This document shows, piece after piece, positions 48,601-49,437 of a stretch of 64,000 nt of DNA. The stretch comes from Candidatus Aenigmatarchaeota archaeon (lineage in GTDB: Archaea; Aenigmatarchaeota; Aenigmatarchaeia; CG10238-14). The notes beneath the pieces are model-generated. The model did no database searches, was not told the DNA's origin, and was given only the letters and a program-made list of their open reading frames with translations. Location of the stretch: NCBI GenBank assembly GCA_026414305.1, contig JAOAJH010000003.1, positions 64,994-128,993 on the forward strand. Reading direction: 5' to 3'. Position 1 is the stretch's first letter; every line of letters begins with the position of its first letter. The translations under genes were made by a program, and so were the position numbers.

Positions 48601-49437
48601 TCCTATGTTTTCTGAATGTCCATCTACTTTTATCCTTATCTTGCTTGTTTTATACTCAAAAGTTGTTGTGTTTACTAATCCAATGAAATTTACTTTTACT
48701 GTATATTGACCGTCAGAATAAACAGAAATATTATCTTCATAATATCCGTCAGAATAAACATAATTTTCATAAACAGCAGAATCATTATAAATTACTGTTA
48801 TTTGGACAGTGCCGTTAACTGATGTATAGCCGTAAATTCTGACTGTATCGTTTTGTTTATATATTGATTTATCAGTAAAAACAGTCAAGAAATTTTGTTG
48901 TGGTGCATCGGTGTAATTTGCTTTTATTTCGAGCGAAGACGGATTTAAAAACAAGGAATTGTTGCCTTTGTAGACTATCGAGATGTTTGAATTTTGCTGA
49001 ATATATATTTCACCAAGATCATTTGTGTATAGTTTTTCAAAAACGCCATTTGAATATACTTCCAACTCTTGATTTGGCACAAAAGAGCCGTTGTCCATTC
49101 TTAGTGTTGCCTTTTCATCATCAACTGAAATAAAAGTATCAGCCCATATTTCTATCGATGCTTCTTGCTCTATATTGTTGTCTGAAACAGATGAAAACAT
49201 ACCTGTTATTGGAGAGTTTAATGTAGAGTTTGTTGCTATTACAGCAGCAGATGTTATTAACAAAATTATGAACGATGTGAGCAATTGAGTTTGGCCTGAC
49301 TCTGATTTTTTACTCAAATGTAAAAAAACTGCATATATAAAAGCTATCAGTAAACTTGCATATAACGGCAAAATTATGAATAGAGGAAGCATGACAATTG
49401 GTAATGCTGCTGAAAGTGTTGCTTGGCTCTTACTCAT
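15691..49437 (-). CDS. Giant (11,248 aa) multi-modular cell-surface protein with C-terminal TM and cytoplasmic FtsK/HerA-like ATPase domain
   Basis: Uninterrupted 33,747-nt ORF. N-terminal hydrophobic segments, a very long N/T/S/Y-rich ectodomain dense in NxS/T sequons, ~21 reiterated ~350-aa modules, CARDB/Ig-like C-proximal domains, a Gly/Ala linker, a TM helix and a Walker A/B ATPase tail. Antisense ORFs in this span are all short. Confidence 0.9.
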   Translation of the reverse strand: MSKSQATLSAALPIVMLPLFIILPLYASLLIAFIYAVFLHLSKKSESGQTQLLTSFIILLITSAAVIATNSTLNSPITGMFSSVSDNNIEQEASIEIWADTFISVDDEKATLRMDNGSFVPNQELEVYSNGVFEKLYTNDLGEIYIQQNSNISIVYKGNNSLFLNPSSLEIKANYTDAPQQNFLTVFTDKSIYKQNDTVRIYGYTSVNGTVQITVIYNDSAVYENYVYSDGYYEDNISVYSDGQYTVKVNFIGLVNTTTFEYKTSKIRIKVDGHSENIGETKFKSILVNGSLIYGDSKTNGNVKLVLKDAKSDIVAQREVYTEGDFVFNLTLLPKNYGKYTAEIKAETEYGNTTEIIVFDVLKHKVVKPKIKQEKFNYDLGEKIRFEIEAIDEDGMLYPDVNVSAYSIDPEGNITELSVIADNENPGKFYIELDTERDFKPGIHKLKVRFSYVSPNPGEVIVEEEIEFAVGLINVNTDKSIYLKNDKAKITVGVLNNEGKRAYDATVIMNILSPSGQITTFNSYNGDFSTDEFDGSLTLLYDVNETGYYSIEVSAYGSNFSVDYQTFFESRDYVEFDIQRKMKTLIDIGHPNTAELKIKSYVNASNVTFIEKLPNSFLEITVYGARIERKENETWIIWSFNSLNYGDEKTLKYSFTTPDVDPAIYLAGPLTVYYNGSLVYEESKPWTFIVVDVVYYFFKFMPYYYRTSNVTDAVQHVVFNSFDQYRDPVVMCRNHENYSFNVLLTDEADDDAGISQQWEFQVYDGSWKPITSNGVAGFFLMTGDSNPVTGSGVGQTDTCTSDFGTTNGDKCEWGEHFRWNITINRTASLGLTKLRVLPKTRTQGPMFDTNEFYAYIIDCQNINLVRPIKIFGPTGEPTDVISRGHLARIVVPLANYNSSAKQANISIDIKDSSGNSVDWFVEEGKTQSISLSGTSSRPNWSERRVVYTIYVPDNIQATTYTAYVNISYNQTTVQHTKTFTVYTDEGGTSNDIVLFTSTPRKLGANCEDTGGQTTNCGTGHASVCADADGQPCFKNFRQIYVCNYGDYNLTVNVTDFTAGSNVYFITETDGPPAVPQPDYNATGEVRWYNVRINTSSCFMADIPYRPTDDTGEETFILQAEWIDPITREPQMVTNQHVSLISALTGTQSPTITTTLNKTSVYPNEQLALRAIAKLGGSEGFTSIDGAATQTVVHYVELYIPPGFQRPTNFRIVDNNGATVRATSPDPGYPIGSPEEGWIVKFSPYSVGGTVIRFAAAATASVGNLNHYVDFTTTVLPENNITPGGKVFYTNYVGWMRQNKDYLFKTDRNVVNVLSPFIKTVRYYNTTSSNEEEGFPTSNMCQPFSVKLQVFNKGNLPATNFNVTENKYNQTVTHWNDLQFSNFNPSANVYSSNNIIWGNNNINFIPTGKDNSRNYTYLITVPYQTNGTFVFKALTRNVTYLFYDKNYTSLISCGASLIVSEPVIKKGELTNPPIYSGDSFNISSSIYNDGPGSATNVIVLINYTANFNVRNSTNHQNNITYLGNISSKETKQAHTDYYYTVNTTGVIPGTYRFCIIANATENSTRAASCRDVQIQSPPAVIELENPIVISKETGSSSGSWGYNFTFNISVRVSNSDTNVNVCSYFSKTGSEPWLQVGNCQNYNAPGPTTGPWRNYTYEFDPGCNDIGSPVFVKFNATNDAGTTNSTQSLFTITKDKIIFENIIGNNTETRRGKTSTLLALRTRDLNGTLVNNLPLVFYVTLDGSIYDAGYTTSTNASAYANYYFQAICSPKYQVGLQKWRAVLSNNDCYQDNNTETSFGLAVNVTGDIILSFVRPDESSNFTQEQEIPFLGATSDDCNDPLTPTVRYFINKSSTSIECTDISQVGSNAFTCELPTTINTPMGWYNASMYAVRDQHYTNYTNNLGNPGLFYLYPIKKLLQPYAYPTTEGWGYRNWNFSINVSSGDSENVLNASIYMAQFWPPITLCPSNICLNQTPLECDNCIGSTKYWYRNFTAFDQGTWYYQFKLDGTQTEQVLSVTVEKDDTNITYGGEGNLTTLIKDVQPQYLSARVYDLDRQTYNVTSPSATVTFKIFNSGYPEGYIILGTALTNETGYARFLFNITSCYGFYEGTQLWTAEINSSEQYYKPSQMGNGTITIQLPGCQPQIDAEEVLTPKEVFAGRNFTVNATITAWVASAENVFVTLRAPSGWQVDQSTKSLGTVNVGQHYRVSWQVNSTSYGEQNFTVYVNSTNANNETIYSNKLVSYKPATPSVTETLPTIIQPLQSKTFSWPCESGDYRIANLTASWNGTETKTKLYSYNGTTWIEIAERYLNSTSTEFIPILQNQLNSNETGYCVVKIENIGDNYININQLQFTPYYNQTVKVQDINITSSSMQLTGIEPNEKINVTVRVGNSGQSQTGVLWLNITGPSGVVNYSSQNVNIPTGTSLFFVNNIDTTGWQQGTYSIRAYVDYGNKTKRIEPFELSQIQARVYAYDWICNSSTESFSINIYHPFNDFIQYNVSLQIPTGWSSQPSYVLINATSKGNYTANFSITSSNAASETATINATIKYNYPTAKSMTLSKQIQQSNSIAILEVTREMPKYVGNDKVFDAQLTIHNKGCAPTSGTTVVREDISSGWIPANPFIKTNEYGDNIDLVSTQVDLIRNRITWTLGEIGVNEYAVLTYQIKAPVDLSREGQFRWNISWDSRNLIERDNFKVQTANYSQEAHLEFDLEALQQSDYPWVEPRSAQLNRNYDYSLKVTNIGDINATGWNVTLFIPQDCSVTAIQNSGSWNSTSRKISWSLPEIESYDSTYLNFTLNCSVEGKKVLIAEAVKDERQKITFTNDTLISCVGNDCLTEQTYTFTKPVNARYETLSSISLLTRQELFGYRNTIGHAKISLTNDLNVYSTLWQNYSHDSFTLANWQNYTILDSNYVLPSRQIKIEGYADATDDAYTNITLSKISYTWNVGKKFEEPQEIFIKSKIYKYTPLLENATLYINGNSTRLTGGWGEQFNFSVQIRDRFGRNVTVYAWHKKGAGEYSLIGSWVCYSCLNWNQANFSYDYVGSDISSWDFKFNATNDDGTSTLNGYPYTVEADDINVDFAYPGYNMTVNRSRTSDFVILVYDRDNQTSPYYLTQGEVDEGKGRIYISKFGSNATFDLSPSLSANTTGHITRQMSNVSNQWCFVTDYYLGQNYWRGGIEGAVTYKNNATGIYPFVLVGDLSNSYLTQPSNINFTRGSIVNLDGVIKDDCNDVKTDSAKFGAEYILSHESTQYRVTADLTSTSWSIPTNAPLGWYNITMISFTEGTEEGKYWNSSFFKQNAFFLSSTPQLNNVQIQPYPTGSWELKPFNFSVYVTNVDNESVLTRLWLRNQTDNWFVQNTTTCNNCNNYYFLTQNNFSCYNIGEWQLQFNATSATSFTNLTSTFIFNVTKSDISILHSQGNNTDVNRSDTEPSNQRRLAVQIFNLVTRKYETAISTSDVYTWINTGSQYIEEFELSNTSHYYFDFNPNCTFQSGMQKWKVNTTSSCYSTNTSQEFFVNIYGSLINNLILPDGTVNYTQNDQILLLGEITDDCSQAVTNANVRFKLQSGSNVYYCPVSGYITNSTGNYYLCTWDSTGKPGGFYNVTMESSKDYHINGSDYQQNAFFLVTPVQLSSPQVIYPGDGSWGELHNFTVYATHYAPVNVCLLERTPATQWQVTECKYISNPQNTMVNFTKDYTCDQYQASALRYYAFNASEPGVPATNSNTTEQSHVLVKNDIVISYSSGHDSIVNRNGINSTKFVLFVNDTDKNQPAYYLLGASAKPQVWFRVFNGTSYLVDGSNTTNTTGYVEYNFNPSCSYEPGKFNWQGYTSSDSCYKDSTAQEYNVTIIADLTPNVTYPDGETYFRNLLLYIPINGTVTDECNLRYNENATVTFTAISVGFGNSYQCSPVSNNNDGSYNCTLNATEIQEGWYNIRMNATNVQYYNNATVLATNKFRVVQQWVPPVLENVTVLPEQDWGWGENFTFIVNVSDQNAQDINVSLWLSPDNQTWQFISSQICYNCGSKQQLTFYYKGLDCSAIPQYYFKFNASDVYNKTDTGGISFTVNKNDVDARYIDLSTGNNSAVNRSEYKQLRLRVYDTDNKSYVPAGLNARIFVTTNYVDFDLGNANQTDSQGYISYYFSPNCSYQPGLQQWKGGIYNDACYKDSNITSQLNITIFGWLNNTISSPNGQVYYSNQNVSIKTNITDECLIPITNANITLKLNHSNFVDYCIDYSFGNGWYNCTWNISNNPSGWYSITMNSSKNYYNNASLFKSQSFFHQVNPQLTSLFVSPNSTWWGSTFSFRVNVTDDDDYVNVSLWVRCIGGNITPNGCDPSSQFQLANSSIVYDYINQQLVLTKKYPDGVNIGNYEWFINASDLYNGSASSSIYTFNVTKRPVYITYVSGNDTSVSRLGSNTTQVRVRLFRVGVDGGADEPLNGLSVNFWFTQNGNVWSTTPRSNTTGQSGPGYAEFSFNPTCPATDGGIDFFRTGMQWWNATFSSSTEPGIYYYANTSSNFTLFINSSLNVLITRPSGEYYPVGYNVFTVANVSDECEYVQGASVQISVAGEGISCSNNTGSPDGQYSCTLITSVLGTGDYNQTADASKAFYTSASTFKENAFRIRYSPQLNNHQVYPTTEGWGYNFTFNVSAQDSDPGDYLNISLWKSYGGEWIKVSQQNCESCLSQQTFFFYPIFSCEDYVNGPIVRFKFNTSDSYGLKAETSNFTINFEKDDVIFTIVQGNGAIINRSNLNTGNVYNFIVIVNDTDRRNVTVNSSEEPTSQITGYLWFSTEPMNPTFDAGWSNTTVNGSLSYLFNPNCNYRVGLQYWRAGIIGNTCYKDSNMTAPYPSMNIYGQLNTLLYRPPQYTQFNVTDNVTFKYSTYSDCYLQGAEDNGNISVDSSQLTINNTFSCTPINQESTGNYNCTWDTTNKAQGNYTVNITVQKSYYNYNSTLYVDWFYLRNRQPNVTNMSVTPQVSGWGDTYTYTAEIFDEENDTVTCSLYTNTTGTWIYKGSNTITAPGNCSIVVNDFNCNEQGLASFRFEINDTFTRFNTSVSNGPTIVKDNVQLVYILGNNSFVNRTADQTTLFVINATDITKNVKASNANATIWITTDGSFYGSSFNIQTNSTGYLNFYFNPNCSSPSYTLGRQFWLAGITNDACYNSINTTTNFTVNILGDLQLFINAPKGEKYLRTSYPDGEYVYIRANISDDCQLPITNAAVNFTSNRFSQNIYCNPIINELNSNYNCTIDTSSYQAGAWNVTMNASLANYNNNYTIHVYQANQRGYWVETKPVIEPYLPLTPVPAGDGGWGEYWLFATNVTDEDMDVLTLRLWVNSTVDPEIWTFRASNNTVSGVNQTVYFNVTFTSTFANKAFKFKYNVTENTVDFIQNVNETGNGTFYLDKDDTFVQYIEGNNTVVNRSSPLSVSNFTMTVRLWDADKYDTTLGNRRIRFLMTNDNNENYTIVSPPALRTNGTGEQPSSAGWGYATNYSKPDCKFTVGPQKWKAEIYDETPYKSSNSSVSFFTIIAQPLQARVISPKNQTALKGIDNVVIKVNLTDDCGLVRNANVTIRAIDASGVVRGICNPNDPFNPTLDEGNGIYNCTLSASQIFSEDWPTGWYNVSVNASKQYYESSPVYIEHRSFRIGTAPELSNIVVLSQQGSNVGGWGELWSFSVDLIDPDNDNSTVYLWMNLDGNWVLFNQTYWRNGIDPSTITFYNTFNCTQASDLGLKLFKFNVSDDFGFKDEINSTFTLQEDDTEIFISSTTGYELNREGLDQILLSALVTDLDRYSTPVGQDVSTRIRVTYNSSDPNSWNDFNLQTNSSGYINYYLDPDCTYSVGIQQWRAQVYNDVCYKTTTEQDSFIIKGSIYNNLELPDYLSSYPTGSVIEIKYNTTSDCTYTRSDEAPLINVTPTIELSLNGASWETCSPVNSTYGVYNCSWNSSFKQPGFWDIKFTSSKQYFNTKQTVFPDWFEIYNANPTNTTIPTVTPTMGGWGDVYNYSVYLTDSDGDPITCVLYTSTDDGNTWRRQGQRTIGSSGLCSFVVSNFNCNATYTDVGSDNWFKFEITDGYHTPFNISSEEGPIIERNNITITLLSGNNTIVNRTGNEFTTLRVFVNDTTKAWPVGNGTSGNATVYFNVTINGVSYVIDGSNTTLRGNVTYRFNPSCSYNVGDQKWFAYKSGATGGDQCYNDASSSVYNLTIFGNLINNIAIPNGEKYNRDEQNVTIRANVTTDCPSNEGLINNATVNFTIIHIGTSNQYSCTPGSFTNEGNGYYNCSFDTTSKPTQWYNIRMNSSGFQYLTPNNTIKTQAFFVSTRPVLANPTTSPLTGGWGAPHTFSVYVRDDDNDVNNVSLWIRCVGGDCTPTNFWLAKTSLVSASSSPQQVQFVKTDFTALDIGNWEYFFNSTDGLNSANTTIGTFTIDKDTINITLIEGDNVVINRSTTQTVTLRVKVFDVDRNVAISPGEPGTGYFYVTTDPNNANSYVIDKTLSSIEGGSYLTNTFPTLSRCTYGIGPQKWKVEFGSYAYKTTNSSEFSINITTHEIALQIIGPNNQTFRRVIDPIPLIAYASDDCGGLTQATAFFKAYPEYSWTTCNSPTDNLNGTYNCTLYSPPTAGLTYYDLEFNASKQYYNASNTAYKQDSFVLVTNPEITAYAPTTSDSLSPYGWSETWNFTAIVRDVDQNVYNFEKLNISLWIDFGSGYQLINSTICSAIDNPNCASWKAITFLYNKFSCGDIGIKSYKWNVTDQWNYKNETSSTFTIDKSDVAIEFVDQPSSIYRANSTTGRFIYRVLDTDSNSYVINTSTNTAMWITVDGNNYDSGRFVQINSSGYANYDFDPDCNYGYGMQRWIAGVYQDSCYKNKNLSFAPQFEVTAQLRNNIQLPSYNSVYNVTDLIAIRFNTTTECLTEGIIANATPTISLRSPLNVWETCTPVYNEYNGWYNCTWNSTHKKEGYWSITLNSTKTPYFAFNSSMYTNWFWLENLNSTYDNVTLAPGIGGWSRLYNYTIDIDDPEREDINCSLFVSKDNQLTWEYKGSYLLQNGLGKCFVTVHDFSCDDIGKDIYYKWQIVNGEPANAYNTTVYAGPNITESSVQVQLHQGNNTFVNRSFQTKPLVVRVYDTENQTFVYNANTSFWITYDYYNYTLVNQTKTDLLGYVLHSFLPTCMYIPGTQKWIGGVSNDKCYVDINSTEYLVHVNGTLFNNIIQPSSQEFLRGSNITIKVNVSSDCSNEVMNESVTINFTNVKDSTQYLCTPILNENTGLYNCTFNTSTYAARWWNVTAFSVKTLYNFNYTTKSNAFWIETKPELNNPTVTASGDGGWGETYIFTVNFTDEDLDPNTLRLWVNKSSGWTNSNTTTISGINQTVTFIQVNLFSSSDYINSLNNLTKYYFRTQDEVIPTENDIDQTQELNISLQKDDVYINHTYGNSTVVNRTEGSLFFRVRMWDTDRTPWDDLPSGSRGRFWFTKDGSSFTNTIDKFANSSGEIAHLQALECSFQVGPQYWFAELYGNTPYKDTNSSIFNWTIVTVGLTANITNPDGISRLRGIDDIVLRVRVTDDCGGVPNATVVFYVPSESYECNNVYYEGNGYYNCTIPYSTTTTWNTGWHDVTVDVSKQYYNGTFVEKTNAFYLATKPEILLTPPPTATPEQDGGWGENWLFTAITQDLDGDYYNVSLWFNLTGSWQLADSTIVSGPQQVDFPDKTFACENIGQRQFMFKVTDVWGYSNNYTSPFNIDKDDTTIEYVSGAGTQVDREYNDYELIRVQIRDFDRDDYLVGPNINGSVWITTDGVNYILSAINTTDSSSYLSYYFDPNCTYNVGVQKWRAGIYDDVCYKDNNPDFGFTIEITGQLKNYILSPPYNTTFAVGNYVNTTFAVLDECSLPVNQSNGKIEFRSPSGIYESCLPVTSSQNIYNCTWNTTLHQGGYWDIRLNSSKTYYYSNSTLLSQWLYLVNTPPYVENLSVTPTSEGWGRTFTFSLDVDDLQKDNVTCTLLVSTNNGLTWMNKGNSTIYNGYGRCQVNVSTFDCGDIGNDNRYMFEVYDGTNTFNTTNNTNLVIEPNDVQLYYISGNQSYVNRSGSQSTNFVLQVYDLDSNLYPSNVNMSVYVTVDQSNFIENSTPKTSFNGTLNYSFNPSCTFNNLGLQYWKVGANNNICYKNINTTENYTVYIIGDIINKLTGPTGDSYLRGEENVTFALEEIDDCAAPVENANIILNLTSEYGNVYGCEPVTTIGGGIYYCEKNTTGMRARWYNVSVNSSQQYYNSNISLHIRPFFVKTKPIVQNLTITPAQDWGWGERYTFTANVTDEDLDDVVVSLYYKSVVFDDWNQINFTTVSSPLNSTVIMTYQGFTCADQDYQQQFEISALDTRSYLTNSTLIEPWNKTFNLTKDDVILTLESGNGDEVWRNGTDNRRLSVRVYDSDKNTYPGAGYNGMFWVTTNYLSFDIGKQTTTNISSHLNYLFTSEAPQPECDYLTGPQKWIAGVYDDACYKDKNSTNYTITIKSELRPQIDFPYGQGFIRSNPVPFVGRVYDDCGLVSGATSTWTSYIGINEYGCFNKTEANGWYNCTWVSTNRPYGYYDLLFSVTKNYYALNSSFRDDAYFLGTLPSLSNPRILNNHYRGGWGETYDFAVRVTDFDLNINNVSVWKSFDGINWTLVDSRNVSNAVNQDVVFSKKFNCSDMGFNYFYFTTVDQFGYSANTTVMNFTLEYDNVSLVVGLSNSTVRRIGNNLALLNFTIYDYDYGRYAPLASGKVNITLDYTNYSYVMNCTTDSTGQCYVYYNPDCSSLAGVQQWIGKTDDSCYEYVQTVPTQLTVIAQLNTSIQSPYNQQILNRNQYANLTTNVFDECLVAVNDSTVNWYNETFYNIANGYSTTWQIPTFYQLGPETIYVNTSRTYYDKNSNFTNVYIYGWSGVLIENPINASNYLAGFSVNVKCKVTDQNTTSPLQGYTVNFYKNGTFQDSQLTNSEGEAVWLWQTLAETPGWYNITCSISDNNILFYNASKKQDEVQILIKRPLIIQTIQKDAPFVYRNNSFEPNNVNITVKVRDSLVGDANNANITFYNSTALIDYCMTNSSGICTINFNPSDTVTPNVYTIYINATKSGLEDSETNTTTIEVRGKLYLNISSPQNNSFWAKTDNLVLSASVVDESNQPTSSNLRWFNETALVASGENTNWLLLDQTTGNHTLTANATRDYYDKGEQTLIITVSSLADVQWIYPQDGSIMPYPLPFNTVCRVVDSSTGVGIANYLVDFWYNYTPGYIYNGTLLTNASGHATNTFEPIQKGTITFRCNITNDYVKLYTPNIPEALASITVRDTRPPQIYNQSIHPIYGLEANLNYTNISAVVIDDIGVSNVFARIGTPNGTYVNLTLSHMGSNLYSLFYLPPIGGVYNVTIFAVDNPPENNINNTFVGYFYVNGKTDGIVTQPDEIQINGITWVNSESAAITINFTNTGPATAYGVNLTFTADPLNSLIFNETMHQCGIVYNQSSCIFGLLVTVPAATPPSVLKLITDAVWRNPDQSLGIDSEDTNFIIISNKIIDIIEENVTAITPHDKLTDIPDVNVSSIGNDLITDITVTTVGGNISTLCPECQIIIVPNEWGLLEAGANFIVDLKVQVPIAQPPGTYWTYVRASSPETAPDLMPLYITVPLNASWQRSPDSFGIILAPPNTTGYIGDITTTSFANIRIIFNAYKQQNASQLFNIYPSAFSLDNGAVRNVSVNYTIPASYVSAQGMYYAEIIITNTTAMPQEYKTSFWLNVTDIPPIISNVSIIPQTFEMIYENTNISAIITDNFAVSYAFINVTLPNGSSIQQPIQPTGKYYSAVYSTNIHGYHNISICANDTQSLIACTNPIPVLASGKTQINQSFNVSKVDVSNITLFEGKQYVLNVSTNNIGNSRAFNVSVNITSPQNLSTNINNSFYNLILKTQSYSDLVLVNISPATKPGKYMLNFSNSWINLDNTTDESLSQLEFEVLSNPKLNLSSNVTVYVPDGTENNGTLTIQSIGNDDVTNITFSCLSGTVCQDFNISFIPSFISRLNVSEAAYVNISVAVPRQYPLGTYNGTIQVNATNISMNVPIYVIVPMNLSWTQSPLEIYRNVLGDSYGYYGSIELQNTGNTPLLLKVEKTGNISSYLSLAESYITIPIGAVYTIKINYTVPNIAQISNFTGYITTGNTTADQQKSTFVSLHVTPYYVDIKYPTSTNPITGITFGDTISARVNVTFGQVLTDNVTFFVRIFNESFSQAVVVDSAYYSPSQQLWIVNFTAPMLPENRAYDLNITANDTFDNLIRSDVEYRSINYMDSIPPQLTLIVPSKVPAGYVATVNGIAYEEGNLRNVPAIITYPDNRTQQISFIFLYRVNNTYYYQYNITNTTLLGVYTINATACDYSNNCGNASSEFQIYPAALFHGYSKDYEHAAEPITFVNFTLYQPDTTQMLFNITPNMANGYYNVLIDARRYDLQASIFNSTILSRNVEIITDVFNPMIFGDIPSERVSIGTLQGLYIETVLNTTNTSITFDYSDYMSKTICKMNNDCRPAAFFEGSLALFRCDNWVRKTGCLGSWTRLTTTVNSTLHTATAQVTGNISGAYALAPYICGDNTCDHGYGESTFTCPADCPLPPPVTLPPQAAGGAAGGAGGGGGGAGGAGLGQITIPGVPFSIKSTLLFVTLKPGEEEIHSIEITNNEESEMKGEIKVEGFAWEMIMLEESSFTVAPKSTKVIKVKVFALPSNQPGIYTADLVTTIGDKQHRTPITIKVDYGPEPLLDVKVESLTKSVQPGHQAKFQVTVLNMGQTAKVEDIVLNYTLRNLKTEEVITRSQETVAVEDVLTFIKTFDIPEDTPTERYILEVTASYWYGKKVARAATAFDVVYLPAPLIILKALATSWITYAVLLLIAPATIIGYRAYRYYTTMKKIKAKYIFPVDVKKLPQPGPNTVLVGKVAETDINAYTDINKLVMHSLAAGGTGSGKTVSAMATAEELLKRDIPVIVFDPTAQWTGFIRPCKDEEMFKLYPQFGLKREDARGFKTNIIIVKDPHMKLNLKQYMKPGEITVFVMNKLSMADIDTLIRASIQEIFDMNLPESKQLKLLMVYDEVHRLLPKYGGKGGFVALERGAREFRKWGIGLFMISQVLMDFRGAIRANIGTEIQLRTKYEGDINRVKTKYGADYAARITKLTTGTGLVQNPEYNEGKPWFLSFRPLLHDTHRLTDEELAEYDATQQKINEADQRIEKLKARKIDTYDVELELNIAKDKMKQGMFKMAQTYLESVDSRLKALERR
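15694..16800 (-). other. Cytoplasmic FtsK/HerA-superfamily P-loop ATPase domain (C-terminal ~370 aa of the giant protein)
   Basis: Walker A AAGGTGSGKT (nt ~16612..16650). Walker B/DEAH-like LLMVYDEVHRLLP. Arginine-finger-like region further C-terminal. Located after the only C-terminal TM helix. Confidence 0.7.
16813..16912 (-). other. Transmembrane helix of the giant protein (PLIILKALATSWITYAVLLLIAPATIIGY) followed by basic YRAYRYY
   Basis: Hydrophobic 28-aa stretch followed by a positive-inside patch, immediately before the ATPase domain. Translated directly from 16801..16905. Confidence 0.7.
17569..17661 (-). other. Gly/Ala-rich flexible linker (PPVTLPPQAAGGAAGGAGGGGGGAGGAGLG) in the giant protein
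   Basis: Conspicuous GC-rich run (gctcctccggctccgccaccgcctccacctgcaccacctgccgcacc) in otherwise AT-rich DNA. Verified by translating the reverse complement. Confidence 0.8.
22300..45000 (-). repeat. Intragenic array of ~21 diverged tandem protein modules (~350 aa / ~1 kb each) within the giant gene
   Basis: About 20 copies each of three recurring sub-domains. Sub-domain 1: (G)GWGE-x-F-x-V-x-V-x-D-x-D...N-V-S-L-W. Sub-domain 2: V-N-R-S...R-V-Y-D-T-D...F-N-P-x-C-x-Y-x-x-G-x-Q-x-W-x-A-G...C-Y-K-D-x-N. Sub-domain 3: D-E-C...N-A-N-V...Y-x-C-x-P...G-x-Y-N-C-T-W...G-W-Y-N-x-T. Two anchor points mapped by translation: TEGWGYRNW at ~43640..43670 and PECDYLTGPQKW at ~24050..24140. Array boundaries are approximate. 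Confidence 0.6.

Noticed and set aside
16295-49288. Roughly 35 plus-strand ORFs of 60-128 aa scattered inside the giant gene span (e.g. 16295..16681, 30140..30448, 34268..34588).
   Set aside because: All are short and low-complexity (L/F/I/S/C-rich), typical antisense artefacts of AT-rich coding DNA. The minus strand carries one continuous coherent ORF.
15691-49437. Possibility that the giant ORF is an assembly artefact of collapsed or expanded tandem repeats, or a pseudogenised array.
   Set aside because: Modules are diverged (~30-40% identity) with no long identical DNA repeats. The frame is intact for 33.7 kb and ends in a coherent TM plus ATPase. It cannot be fully excluded without reads, which is listed as a check.
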